DNA from: Tortispora ganteri
Lineage: Eukaryota
DNA length: 64,000 nucleotides
Assembly: GCA_003707115.1 (NCBI GenBank)
Contig: PPNB01000005.1
Coordinates: 434,001-498,000, forward strand
Reading direction: 5' to 3'
Shown: one piece after another, positions 19,912 through 31,140 of the stretch
How positions within the stretch are numbered: position 1 is the first letter of the stretch
How the letters are laid out: every line of letters begins with the position of its first letter
Notes under the pieces: generated by a model
Databases searched by the model: none
What the model saw: the letters and a program-made list of their open reading frames with translations, nothing else
Told to the model about the DNA's origin: nothing
Translations under genes and position numbers: made by a program

Positions 19912-22536
19912 ATGGATCACACTAAACCTGTCTCACCACAGACTTTTAAGACAATAGAATCTAGCGTAACCCGATTGCTAGTAGCGACAAAACGGCTGCT
20001 TGAAGTTTTGTCTGAATGGGCACTTCAGCAGGCGTCCGATTCTGATGTTTCAGACGTGTATGTTCGCCTAGGAAACGAGTTCAATATAGTCTGTAGAGCA
20101 TTTATCCATGCTGGTTACGATGTACGTGATCTTGGTGATGTCCCGGGTTCTTTAAGATCAATTCTTGAAGAGGCATTGTCACAGGACCCCTCCCCGGACA
20201 ATCTCGACAACTGTTTGCCCATGATCCGTTCTATAATCGTCAACTTGCTGCAGGGCCTCAAACAGAAGCAGGCGCTTCTCCGACAGCAACACCAGATGTC
20301 TCAGGACCGCAAAGCACAAAATTCTGCATTGCCAAGACAAATTGCGGCACCCACAGCCGCTAACCAGCACCAGCACCAGCATCCACAAAGAAAGGACGCC
20401 CTGACAGCTTTGCAGAACTCAGACGCGCTACAAAGACGTGCTTCACGTCGCTTCTCCGCATATCAGTATTCGAAATCGGCATCTTCTCCTGGTACGCATA
20501 ATACAGCATCGCCTGATATACCGGGCACTGCATGGGGCCCCGCAAAACGCTCTCCAGCTATCCCTCCGCCTGCTCCTATTGCAGAAGAAGCTGATATCCC
20601 CAATATTACTTCCGGAATCTCTCGCTCAATGCCTCAGTTTTTAGAACCACCAGCATCGCCGACTCCCGATCCAAGGCGGAACAGTATTATATTGTTTTTA
20701 CAGTACGGTCGCACCACGAAAAAAGTTGTGGCTCCCTCACAACTATCGAAATCAATACTTCTGCAGCTGTTTCGCGACTTCTTTGATATTGACCAGTCTT
20801 CAATGGGTTCTGAACTGACCATACAAGACACTGCAACTCAAATAAAGTACCAAGCTGACGATAATGCGCTCTCTTCCCTGAAAGGCAATGAGCTCATCTT
20901 GCTCGATCACGACTTAGATTCCAAACCCGATTCAAGCGTGCTTTTGCTCACTACCAGTATCGATGCACTTAAAGAGACATTGGCTGAGCAGACAAAAAGC
21001 ATTCAGTTGCTCATGGAGAACCAGGACAAAACACGGCGCAAAGTCGAAGACCTGGTGCTGGCGCATGCCATAGAGAATGAAACTGAATCAGCCGCTCAAC
21101 AAATGGTTACTTCTATCAGTGAAATCCGCAAAGAAGTTTGTGGTCTTCGGTCGGCTAGTGCAAATGTTGCCGATATCGCGAAAGACAAAATGCTTGGTTT
21201 GTTGGCTGAAGTGTCCGGCCTTCGTGAACTCGAAGGCCAACAAGCCGGAACTACTTCCTATATGGATTCCTGCCATAAGAGGCTCACAGATGACTCCGAT
21301 TCCTTGCTGACTTCAGTAGACGAGCTCCAAGACAGGATAGAAGCGCTACGGAAGGACGTAGCCACAAGAGGTGTAAGAATCACTCAGAAGGAAGTAGACG
21401 TCCTGGTGCAGAAAGTAGTTAAGGAGAAAAGCGCTGTGCGCAAGTTGGGCGATTATATTACACAGGAGAAGCCTATCTGGAAGAAAGTATGGGAGAAAGC
21501 ATTGGATAAGATAGTGGAACAGCAGCAGTACTTCACACTACAAGAAGAACTAGTTAATGACTTGAAAGATGACCTAGGAAAGGCTGAAGAAACGCTGAAA
21601 CTGATTGAACAATGTATGGAGCAACAGTCTGGAGTAAATCAGGATGAGCACCAAGGCCGAGCTACCTATACAACAGAACATAGCAAGCCAGTTGTTGTCT
21701 TGCCGCTTCCTGATAAGATCCCTAGTGCTGGTGAAGCCAAGAATGCTGTTCTCAACGAAGTGAAAGCTCTCCGTCCTAATCACCAAAGTCGTCTCGAAGC
21801 TATTGAGCTCTCTGAGAAACGGCGTAAGGAAGAACTTGCTGCGCGACTTGCTGCGGAAGAAGAGGAAATGGAACGTCAGGCTGCGGAAGCGCGTGCTGCT
21901 GAGAAGACCGCGAAATCTGCTAAAGAGAATTCTAATAAAACTGTTGCCAATGAATCGGCTAACGCAAAGTCCGAGAAGGTTAGAGATCTCGAAAATTCTA
22001 TGCCGGAGTCGCGTGAGAAAACAGAAACCAATGATAACAAGATCAATGGCAAAATGCGGTTATCAGTTGAAGCTCTTGCTTCTATAGCTGATCTGCCAGA
22101 TTTTGATGGTATTGACACGGGAACTATGCAGGTAGAGCCTGTCTACAGTCTACCTAGCGATGCTGGGACTAAAGATATAAAACCCTCACATAGTTTCTCT
22201 GAGGCAAAGGAACCTACTGAAGATAATGAAGATAATTTAGAAGAAAGCGACGAGCCGGAGCGGACGCTTGAAGAGGACAGTGGCACCGCACCTAGCTCTA
22301 CTACATTGCAGGAGGCACCGAGTACGCCTCAATTAGGTGGAAACAGTTCTGAAACGACGTCCCCTAAACAGCAATCGTTGTTCGAAAGACTCGCTAGCGC
22401 GTTGTCGCCTGGACGTACGAGCACAGGGTCCACATTCAGCAATCCAAAGCGAGATTCAATGATTTCGGACGCAGAGAGTTTCGCGGATGCACAGGATGCT
22501 CTAGACAAATCCCCAGGCAAATTTTCAGATAAATGA
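19912..22536 (+). CDS. BUD6: Actin-interacting protein Bud6/Aip3
   Basis: IESSVTRLLVATKRLLE...VSDVYVRLGNEF; DELQDRIEALRKDVATRGVR; EKPIWKKVWEKALD; first ATG 19912. Confidence 0.92.
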   Translation: MDHTKPVSPQTFKTIESSVTRLLVATKRLLEVLSEWALQQASDSDVSDVYVRLGNEFNIVCRAFIHAGYDVRDLGDVPGSLRSILEEALSQDPSPDNLDNCLPMIRSIIVNLLQGLKQKQALLRQQHQMSQDRKAQNSALPRQIAAPTAANQHQHQHPQRKDALTALQNSDALQRRASRRFSAYQYSKSASSPGTHNTASPDIPGTAWGPAKRSPAIPPPAPIAEEADIPNITSGISRSMPQFLEPPASPTPDPRRNSIILFLQYGRTTKKVVAPSQLSKSILLQLFRDFFDIDQSSMGSELTIQDTATQIKYQADDNALSSLKGNELILLDHDLDSKPDSSVLLLTTSIDALKETLAEQTKSIQLLMENQDKTRRKVEDLVLAHAIENETESAAQQMVTSISEIRKEVCGLRSASANVADIAKDKMLGLLAEVSGLRELEGQQAGTTSYMDSCHKRLTDDSDSLLTSVDELQDRIEALRKDVATRGVRITQKEVDVLVQKVVKEKSAVRKLGDYITQEKPIWKKVWEKALDKIVEQQQYFTLQEELVNDLKDDLGKAEETLKLIEQCMEQQSGVNQDEHQGRATYTTEHSKPVVVLPLPDKIPSAGEAKNAVLNEVKALRPNHQSRLEAIELSEKRRKEELAARLAAEEEEMERQAAEARAAEKTAKSAKENSNKTVANESANAKSEKVRDLENSMPESREKTETNDNKINGKMRLSVEALASIADLPDFDGIDTGTMQVEPVYSLPSDAGTKDIKPSHSFSEAKEPTEDNEDNLEESDEPERTLEEDSGTAPSSTTLQEAPSTPQLGGNSSETTSPKQQSLFERLASALSPGRTSTGSTFSNPKRDSMISDAESFADAQDALDKSPGKFSDK

Positions 22537-22814
22537 ACACAATTTTTGTGTTGTTACTACATTATTATGATATCACGATGAACTTCTAAACGGCTACTAC
22601 AAAGATCTGCGAGCGATTTTCAAGTTGCTTTATCGAACCCTAATCTAAACTTGTACCGGCTCCAATAACAGGAGTTTGATGGTTGCTAGGGGATAGTTTC
22701 GCTTGTGCAGTTCCCCCTGCGGACTTGGGAAAGAGGGTCTCTAGCTAGTGAAACTCACACCTTTGTCCCCCTTCCTCGTCCTTTTTCCAACATAAACGGC
22801 GCAAATTCATCCAA

Positions 22815-24481
22815 ATGGCATCCAGCCAGACCCATTTGTCAAATGTGGTAGGCGTACACTACCGTGTAGGCAAGAAAATAGGTGAAGGATCATTTGGCGT
22901 TATATTTGAGGGTGTTAATCTTCTCAATAATCAGCAAGTTGCTATCAAATTTGTAAGTATCATCCCACCTGCAGTAATTCTCTTTTAAGAAGGCCTTTCT
23001 GCATTACCGGCGCTGACTTTGTAAATATTTACGCGTTATTGGTTATAATTTGCAATTTAGCAGTTTCTTGACGTTTTTCCATAGTTTTGTGTCACTGAAA
23101 CCGCCGGCCATGCCTGATACCCTTCCTCTTTCACGTAACGCTTATCTGTTGTTATTGTCAACAATAAGCTGATTTTCGGTGATGCAATTCTATGCATATC
23201 ACCATCGCTGCGCACTTTCTCGCTACGGGCACTGAATAATCAAAGACAAAAATATATACTGCTAGCTTTAAGGCAAAATTTTGGCATAAACCAGACACTA
23301 ACTCTTAGGAACCACGAAAAGCCGATGCTCCCCAACTGCGCGACGAGTACAGGTCGTATAAAATCCTTGTGGGTTGCGTGGGTATACCTAATGTATACTT
23401 CTTTGGACAGGAAGGGCTTCATAACATTCTTGTAATAGATTTACTGGGCCCATCGCTTGAAGATTTATTTGATTGGTGCGGTCGCCGCTTCACTGTTAAG
23501 ACAACTGCAATGGTTGCCAAACAGATGCTCGCAAGGGTGCAAACAATACACGAGAAATCATTAATTTATCGCGATATCAAACCTGATAACTTTCTAATTG
23601 GTCGCCCCGGCACAAAAAATGCTAATCTCATATACATAGTCGATTTCGGTATGGCCAAGCAGTACCGCGACCCTAAAACAAAGCAGCATATTCCTTATCG
23701 CGAAAGAAAATCACTTTCCGGCACCGCGCGCTACATGAGCATAAACACTCATTTAGGCCGCGAACAGAGCCGCAGAGATGATCTAGAAGCGTTAGGTCAT
23801 GTATTTATGTACTTTTTACGCGGCGGTCTGCCATGGCAGGGCCTTAAAGCTGCCACAAACAAGCAGAAATACGAAAAAATCGGCGAAAAGAAGCAAACAA
23901 CTCCTATTGCCGAATTATGTCAGAGCTTCCCTGTCGAATTTGAGAAATATCTCACTTACGTTAGAAACTTGGGCTTTGAGGACACTCCTGATTATGACTA
24001 CTTGCAAAACTTGATGTCAGACGCATTGGCCGCAGTCGGAGAGGTTGACGATGGTGCATATGACTGGATGCTGTTGAACGATGGAAAGGGATGGGCTGCC
24101 TCTGCTAATAGATCTGTATCTCATGGCTACGAGCCTAGACATGTGCCTCAGCACCGAGGTGACCGCCGAATGCATGCGGCGGCAGCCGCTGCCGCTGCTG
24201 CCAACCCGCCCAGCCCGGCAATACTAAGGCACGGAAGCAAATCTCGCAGAACACCTCGAGGTCTATCGAATAACGGGACACCTAATGCATCAACTCAGTC
24301 TCAGTATGCTGCAACGCCTGGCCCGAGGTTCCATGGAGGATCAACGGCCGCATACCAGGATCACGGCGCTTCGCAGGGCGTAGACAGCTCTGGGCTTAAT
24401 AACCAGCAAAATTTAGGAGCTGACTACGGTACCAAGAAACCTGGATGGAAAAAGATATTTGGTTTATGCTGTTCTAATTGA
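22815..24481 (+). CDS. YCK2: Casein kinase I, Yck1/Yck2 (membrane-anchored) type; exons 22815-22952 and 23309-24481
   Basis: Spliced: [17 protein letters not shown]...[43 protein letters not shown]-terminal CC palmitoylation motif. Confidence 0.93.
22953..23308 (+). other. Spliceosomal intron of CK1 (356 nt)
   Basis: GTAAGT donor, CACTAAC branch point at 23296, TAG acceptor; phase-0 join restores AIKF-EPRK. Confidence 0.93.
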
Positions 24482-24891
24482 ACTGCTACTATTTTGCCTT
24501 TGTCATTTCCCTCTCATTCCTTTCGCCCTCGCTCCCTCGTGCCTTTGTCTCTCGCTCACTATGCCATTTTTCTATTATGTGTTCTCTTGCCGGCTGTTAC
24601 TGAAGGTTTTTAGCTCACCATTTGGCCATTCATTTCTTGATATACCGAACAGGGGAGTATGAGCACGCGGCAGCGACAATTACTACTATTAATTACACAT
24701 GCTACTGTGGCTTTCGATGTTGTGTGCCCGCAACGTGCTTTGTATTTCATGCCACAAGCTTTCATATCTGCGGAGCACTCTTAATATGGAAAAATTTTCA
24801 ATGCAAAATCTACTGCTAAAATTGCGCAGCGCCGCTTAAACGTCTACCCTACTCGTACAACCTTTCCCACCCTTTACACTACCACCCCACC

Positions 24892-26967
24892 ATGGACTTC
24901 CTGCGCAGCACTATCTCCAACATCCGGTCTGTAGGGTCAGGGTATACGCTGTTGGAGTACTGGCCTTCTCATAAACAGCCTGCTTTATGGAAGGTGCGGT
25001 CAGCTGTACGTATTGCTGACGCGGCACCGTGCACCATATGGCTCTTTGAAGGTACCGATGCTAAACATACGCGTATGGCGCAAAACGCCATCAAACGGTT
25101 GCGTACTATCTCACATCCCTCGATTTTGAAATATTATGATTCTACAGAGTCTCCTACAACTATTCAGCTTGTTACTGAACGCGTTTACCCGCCCGAAATA
25201 CAAGGCCAGTCTCCAGAGTCCTTGATCCTGGGAATCTCACAGATCACTAAAGCACTTGATCATCTTAATTCTAACAACATTGTTCACGCAAATATCTGTC
25301 TCCCAAGCATTGTGGCATCGGAATCTGGACTCTGGAAAATCGCAGGTTTTGAACTAATGGCTACTGTAAATGACTTCGATATTTCCAGTCACGCCATCGC
25401 GCTCCGCTTGCTTCATCACGACTCCTATATCCCGCCAGAATCTGCTGCCCGTGAACCTGTGAGTGACTCCCTTATCACCTGTATTGACTCTTATGGGCTC
25501 GCCACGCTCATATATGAGACGTTCAATGGTACTCCACCCGCCAGCCCTGCCGCCTTATCCAACGCGCCTGCCGTTCCAAGTTCGCTCAAACAGCTGCTTG
25601 CACAGATTGGGCATCCTCATATCCAGCGCCGCAGACCAGTACGTGCTTTCCTCAAGGCCGCAGAACGTACTGCATTTGCCTCACCGCTCATAGCCTTTGT
25701 CGAATCTTTGGATATTCCGCCCCCTTTCCAGAACCTCGACGACTGGACGCACATTATAGATGAGTACGTCTCGTACTCCGCACAGCTGCCTGCAGGATTT
25801 GCACAGGCTAAAATCCTACCGGCTCTCCTCAGTCTTGTCGCAAACGCAAATGCACTACAGCCTTCTGTGGTTGTCGCAATCACAGATATCATTGTTGCGT
25901 CTCAATCTATTGATGAAGCCCAGTTCGACCGCGATATAGCCCCCGCATACATCAAGGGATTTTCTATGCGAGACCGCGCCGTCCGCCTGTCTCTTCTAGA
26001 AGCACTCCCCAGAATTATTGATCGCTTCAAACAGCGCACTATCGCAGACAAAATCTTCCCCAGCTTTATCACCGGCTTCTCTGACTCCGCGCCTGCTATC
26101 CGCGAAATGACTATTCGCTCTGTCGTAGTACTTGCAACAAAACTCAATGACCGTCAGCTCAATGGCGACTTACTGCGCCACCTCGCTCGCTGCCAGAGTG
26201 ACCCTGAACCGCCTATCAGAACCAACACAATCATCTGCCTCGAGAAGATCGCATCGTATTTGAACAAATCAAGTCGTCCAAAGGTCCTTGCAAATGCTTT
26301 CGGCAAGGCTTTGCGCGACCCGTTCTCTCGCGCCCGGCTGGCGGCAGTTCTCTCTTTTAAAGAGGTTGCAGAATATTTCTCTCCAAACGAAGTCGCGGAA
26401 ATTGTCCTCCCTGCGCTAAGTACTGCACTCCTCGACAAAGACGCAAAAATACGGGCTAATGTCAAATCAGTCTTTGAGCTATACTATCGCAAAGTTCTCG
26501 ATTATTCAGAAACACTTTTTGACATCTCGGAGCTAGACGCGCCTGCTCCAAACTTCTCAAAAGCGGCCGATTCTGTCAGCTCAACTCCGCAGTCAGAAAC
26601 AGCAGGCTTCTGGTCTACGTTCGCTACATCGAGTATATCAAAGGGCATTGGAATGATATCGGGTGACATATCGGACACAAATAGCGAAGCAGGTCTTCGT
26701 TCAGAAACATCTACTCCTTTCTCCAGCCGACCGCCACTACGACAAGCGGCATCGGCAGTGTCCATCGAATCAGACAAATCTTATTCTGCCCCTCCTAAAG
26801 AACCTACAGAGTCTCTCGCCCGCAAAACCGGTGGGCTATCCCTCAAACCGTCAAAACGCGCGGACAAGCTCAAGAAGGAAGATCTGCTGCCGAGAAAGAA
26901 GACAATCTCTCTGGACGAAAAGATAGAAGACGACGATTCGAGTGCCTGGGATGACGCATGGGAGTAA
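24892..26967 (+). CDS. CEX1: SCYL1/Cex1-type N-terminal pseudokinase with HEAT repeats
   Basis: KRLRTISHPSILKY, WKIAGFE, DRAVRLSLL, IRTNTIICLEKIA, KALRDPF; acidic WDDAW C-terminus. Confidence 0.9.
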   Translation: MDFLRSTISNIRSVGSGYTLLEYWPSHKQPALWKVRSAVRIADAAPCTIWLFEGTDAKHTRMAQNAIKRLRTISHPSILKYYDSTESPTTIQLVTERVYPPEIQGQSPESLILGISQITKALDHLNSNNIVHANICLPSIVASESGLWKIAGFELMATVNDFDISSHAIALRLLHHDSYIPPESAAREPVSDSLITCIDSYGLATLIYETFNGTPPASPAALSNAPAVPSSLKQLLAQIGHPHIQRRRPVRAFLKAAERTAFASPLIAFVESLDIPPPFQNLDDWTHIIDEYVSYSAQLPAGFAQAKILPALLSLVANANALQPSVVVAITDIIVASQSIDEAQFDRDIAPAYIKGFSMRDRAVRLSLLEALPRIIDRFKQRTIADKIFPSFITGFSDSAPAIREMTIRSVVVLATKLNDRQLNGDLLRHLARCQSDPEPPIRTNTIICLEKIASYLNKSSRPKVLANAFGKALRDPFSRARLAAVLSFKEVAEYFSPNEVAEIVLPALSTALLDKDAKIRANVKSVFELYYRKVLDYSETLFDISELDAPAPNFSKAADSVSSTPQSETAGFWSTFATSSISKGIGMISGDISDTNSEAGLRSETSTPFSSRPPLRQAASAVSIESDKSYSAPPKEPTESLARKTGGLSLKPSKRADKLKKEDLLPRKKTISLDEKIEDDDSSAWDDAWE

Positions 26968-27080
26968 TTCGCATTTTTACCATTAAGCCGTCGTTAGTTA
27001 ATGTAATGGTAGCATATTTATATTCCCATAGCAAGTCATGATCCTCAGAAATATTAACTCAATACGCCAAAAAGTCACTC

Positions 27081-29048
27081 CTACCGGTTATTCGAATAAG
27101 GATGATTGTAAGTTTGAGGTGGCATAAACATTCCCGGCTGAACCGGATACCCCATTCCGGGCTCGCCTGGCTGCATATTCATATTTATCGGCATTTGGCC
27201 AGGCACCATCTGCGGCGCAGCCATGAACCCTCCTCGAGCTTGTGCCTGCATCTGCGGTGTCATCGGTTGAACCATGTACATCTGTGGAGCTGCTGGCATT
27301 CCGTAGTAGTATCCCTGCTGCATAGGCGGCATCATATATGAATTGTACATCTGAGGTGCCATCATTGGTGCACCAGCATAATACATCCCCGCTTGAGAAT
27401 TGGCTTCGGGCATCATCGGGGACGCTATGGCTGACGGCATCATGACTGGCGAGGCATTAGTTAAAAACATAGGAGTCGTGTTGGACTGAGGTTGCGAACT
27501 GGCAAGTATTTCATCCCAGGTCTTTTCGGACGAATCCAAAAGCCACGATGGTGCAACCTTGAATGAAGGTTCAATATCAGCGTTGGCAATTTTTTCTTCA
27601 GAGGACAAGAACGGATTGAAAGCTGTATCTAAGTCATAGTCGCATTTTGGCGGTACAACATCAACACCAAAGAATTGTGCTCTTGGTGTAAGGGGCGCGG
27701 GGCTATGCTTGCTCTGATTGCTCGGACTATTCATAATCACTGGAGGCGTCATCCCCGGGTTTACCATAGCAGACGGACGCATATCGGCTGTTTTAGCATT
27801 AGATTTAGACGGAGAGTGCTTATGTCGCATATTTGCACGTTCATGCAGTGGAGATGGAACCGTAGGCCTCTGCGCGATGCCACCCGCTGAGGACTGATAA
27901 GAAGCGGTATTATCATGCGATGCAGCTTTATTCTTTGAAATTATAGGGACCATGTCTGGTGGGACAGGTACTGGTACTTTAAATGATTTTGAAAACTGTT
28001 TCAGCTCATCAATGTCGGCAGAAAAATTGCGAACGCGATGATTAGCCTGGGCGGCTCTTTGTCTCTGCGCTAAATTTTCTCGTTCCGCAGTAGTAAATTT
28101 GAGGAATTGGTCTTGGTTCGGGACACGCGTATTATCCTTTTTAGCAGGAGCAACATTTTTGCTCGATATTATAGCAGGATCTTGGGGAAGGTCTTGTTTT
28201 CCTGTCTGGGTAGCGGTCTGTGCGGTTTGCGAGGAAGAGTCATTTTCACGTTTAACACCAGAATACAGATCTTCTTCGTCAATATCTTCACCTTCAGTAA
28301 TACCTAGACGCTCTTCCCGAATGTGACGATCTCCGCCATCCGCAGAAGATTCTATCTCTTTAGCCAGTTGAGCTGCTCGCTCTTCGCGCTCTTTGTAGTC
28401 TGCACCCGAGCGATCAATTTTTGTGGTGTAATAATCTTCATTATAAGTAGACTTGACGCCAAAGAGTTTCTCATTGGCAGCAAACTGATCCCATTTGTTG
28501 CCGGATGAAGGACTGGAATCTTCGAGACTTATCATCGGAGAATCAGAATCAGGCTTCCACGGTTGGAGTTCCTTGAACTTGGCTTCAAGGCTCGCTTCAG
28601 TCCTCGAAATATCGGTGTCAGTCCGAATAGAAGTCGAGGCTTCGTGGGAACGGAGATCGGGTTTTGATATAGAAATAAACGCAAGATCGTCAGGTTGTAT
28701 AATTAGATTGGGAATAGACATGTCATCTGGTGATGCATCGAGCTTAGTTGCGAGCGCCAATGTGACACCGAGCGCAGACTCCGTTTCGGCAGCAGTGAGA
28801 ATGCCATGATAAGACTCTCCTGTACGAGTGGTAGCAGTAACAAACTTGCCGTAGGATCGACCAAGAAGCTGAAGGATGCGGGCATGCATTGCCGGCTTGA
28901 ACGTGTCGCGTACGGGGGATCCGTTCGAAGATGAAGAGGCGGGTTTCAGTGCAGCAGAAGACAAATTTTTCGAGATAGCGGAGGTCGACCCTTGTTTATT
29001 GTGTTTTTGAACACTTTTTCTGGTGGATTTATCCATTGCTGACGCCAT
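27081..29048 (-). CDS. PBP1: Ataxin-2 homologue Pbp1
   Basis: LSm-like region, RTDTDIS, LsmAD WDQFAANEKLFGVKSTYNEDYYTTKID, LKQFSKSFKVP, M/P/Q-rich low-complexity tail. Confidence 0.92.
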   Translation of the reverse strand: MASAMDKSTRKSVQKHNKQGSTSAISKNLSSAALKPASSSSNGSPVRDTFKPAMHARILQLLGRSYGKFVTATTRTGESYHGILTAAETESALGVTLALATKLDASPDDMSIPNLIIQPDDLAFISISKPDLRSHEASTSIRTDTDISRTEASLEAKFKELQPWKPDSDSPMISLEDSSPSSGNKWDQFAANEKLFGVKSTYNEDYYTTKIDRSGADYKEREERAAQLAKEIESSADGGDRHIREERLGITEGEDIDEEDLYSGVKRENDSSSQTAQTATQTGKQDLPQDPAIISSKNVAPAKKDNTRVPNQDQFLKFTTAERENLAQRQRAAQANHRVRNFSADIDELKQFSKSFKVPVPVPPDMVPIISKNKAASHDNTASYQSSAGGIAQRPTVPSPLHERANMRHKHSPSKSNAKTADMRPSAMVNPGMTPPVIMNSPSNQSKHSPAPLTPRAQFFGVDVVPPKCDYDLDTAFNPFLSSEEKIANADIEPSFKVAPSWLLDSSEKTWDEILASSQPQSNTTPMFLTNASPVMMPSAIASPMMPEANSQAGMYYAGAPMMAPQMYNSYMMPPMQQGYYYGMPAAPQMYMVQPMTPQMQAQARGGFMAAPQMVPGQMPINMNMQPGEPGMGYPVQPGMFMPPQTYNHPYSNNR

Positions 29049-29419
29049 GTTTATATCTGGGGTGGTTTATTCGATTTGATATCGATGCTAAACGATAACC
29101 TACTGCAATGACAAGGATAACTGAATAAATAAGCACAATAGCCTAATAGCAGTACCTTTTTGCAACTCGAGCCAATCCAAGTAGTAAATGGCCAAATTTA
29201 GTCAAGTGTCGTACTTCAGGAGTCTGAAGAAGGTTTGACAAGAAAGAATGGTGTAAGGTGACCGATCCCTCATTTAGCTCTTCAATAGGTCTTTGTCTGT
29301 GATTGGCTGAAATCAATGATAAAGTTTACAAATAAGAATCTGGCTGTCAGTTATGTAAACTAGTTAATTATTGCAGTATCTCACAGGGTCCCACGCTGAT
29401 GTCTAATTGACCACTAGGA

Positions 29420-30634
29420 TCATCGTCTAGTTGGTCTATTTGTGGGCAGTTCCGAAAGTATTGTCCGCGATCCAGCCACGGCATCCACTAGCTTCTCTTG
29501 ATCCCTCCGAAGTTTCTTTCGCAGCGACGGTAGTGCATAGCTGACTGGTTTTGATCTTCGTCTTCTTGGTACCGTCTCTAATTTATGCGGCGATTCTTTC
29601 TGGTTAGTTTGTTGTTCCATAATTGAGGCGTTTCGCAGCTCTGTGTGCTGGTCTCGTGATTCAGCGGTCGACTCCCTTAGACCTCTAGATAGATCAGCTT
29701 CATTCTCGTGAGTATCGGTACCTTCATTCCCTTGAGTATAGGTAGCCTCATTTTCTATGGTGTCTTGTCCCTGCGGTTCACTGAGTTGATCACACTGGAT
29801 ATTGTTCTCACTTTCTTCTTCATAAGGGTGCTCTTGTTGGCTGTCTGCATCGAAGGCAGCAGCGATCACTTGTATCTCGTCATACTTTTCTGCGTTATAC
29901 TCTATCGTTTCTTTTTCTCCATCAGCTTCTGCATCGCTAACAATCTCTTCTTCATAGCTTTCCCTAGGCGAACCGTCCTGACTCAACCTGATAGCCATAA
30001 ACTCTGCATCGCTCATATCGCCCTCTGTTACTTGCTCAGAGACTGCGTTTTTATCTGTATTTTCGCAATATTGATCCACTACAGTGTCTCTGCCTCTCTC
30101 GTCAACCGAGCTCGGTATAATATCGTCGGTGTCATCGCAGTCAAAAATGCCTTTGACTAGACTGCTCGACGAGACTTGTTCGATCTCGTACTCTTCGGTA
30201 CGTCGCGACAATTGGCTCGGTTCCATGATCATTTTCATCCTTTCTGAAATCATACTTTCACAGTCTACATTGCTATACGTTCGTTTGCGGGTGCTGATGA
30301 ATCCTTTCTCTGTCTTGCCGATCCCCAGTGCGCCCATCTCTCTGTAAAATCTGCTCACAGTCTCATTGATCTCGTCCATTTTTCTGTCGATATCTGTCCA
30401 AAATTCATCCAGCCTGTCGCTCATAAATACCTTAATTTTGTCATACTTCGCCTTCTCGCACAATAATTGCACATTCTCCGTCAGCAGCTGGTTCTTCTGG
30501 TTTTCAAGCTCTCGGATCATTGCTTGGTTCTCATAGTGAGCCCTTGCAAAGTCCCTGTTTTGTTTAGCGTACTTCGTACATGTATTCTTCAGTCGCGCCA
30601 CTTCATTCCCTAAATCAATAGCCGGTTTAGCCAT
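29420..30634 (-). CDS. SGO1: Shugoshin
   Basis: N-terminal coiled coil KYAKQNRDFARA; C-terminal SGO motif RRRRSKPVSYALPSLRKKLRR. Confidence 0.88.
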   Translation of the reverse strand: MAKPAIDLGNEVARLKNTCTKYAKQNRDFARAHYENQAMIRELENQKNQLLTENVQLLCEKAKYDKIKVFMSDRLDEFWTDIDRKMDEINETVSRFYREMGALGIGKTEKGFISTRKRTYSNVDCESMISERMKMIMEPSQLSRRTEEYEIEQVSSSSLVKGIFDCDDTDDIIPSSVDERGRDTVVDQYCENTDKNAVSEQVTEGDMSDAEFMAIRLSQDGSPRESYEEEIVSDAEADGEKETIEYNAEKYDEIQVIAAAFDADSQQEHPYEEESENNIQCDQLSEPQGQDTIENEATYTQGNEGTDTHENEADLSRGLRESTAESRDQHTELRNASIMEQQTNQKESPHKLETVPRRRRSKPVSYALPSLRKKLRRDQEKLVDAVAGSRTILSELPTNRPTRR

Positions 30635-30819
30635 TCTTATAATAAGCAGAAGGATGGCGGCCCGTTAGCCAGTCGAATCGTTGTTTACATTGACTCTTTT
30701 TACATGCAAACTCTATTTGAGGCACCCTAACCCTCGGTTCTATAACGCGACCATTTCTTCTTACGCGAACCTACTTTGCTGATAATTTGACCGGCGCTTT
30801 CTTCATCATAACCAGTAAA

Positions 30820-31140
30820 ATGCGCTCTTCGTACTCTCATACTCCGCCCGGAAAGGAGCGACTATCGCGTTCGAGCAAAATACAGGCCAAGCGCGACGAG
30901 CTGGCACAGCTCCAGCAACTCAAGGTGCTTTCGGCCGCCTACGCCGATCGCCTGCAAGACCTTCACAAAGAGATGGAGAGCCTGCAAGACGATGCAAAAG
31001 CCGTGGCTTTGGTCGCTCAAAACTGGGATTTTATTATGAAAGCTGTAAATATTGGTTCGCATTCCCGTGACGACCTCAATCTGCCGGCTGAGCTGATGCG
31101 CATACCGGTGTCTAAGAAAAACAAGGAGGACGCAAGTTAG
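30820..31140 (+). CDS. DAD2: DASH/Dam1 complex subunit Dad2
   Basis: KIQAKRDELAQL...AVALVAQNWDFIMKAV...LPAELMRIP; ATG at 30820. Confidence 0.85.
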   Translation: MRSSYSHTPPGKERLSRSSKIQAKRDELAQLQQLKVLSAAYADRLQDLHKEMESLQDDAKAVALVAQNWDFIMKAVNIGSHSRDDLNLPAELMRIPVSKKNKEDAS

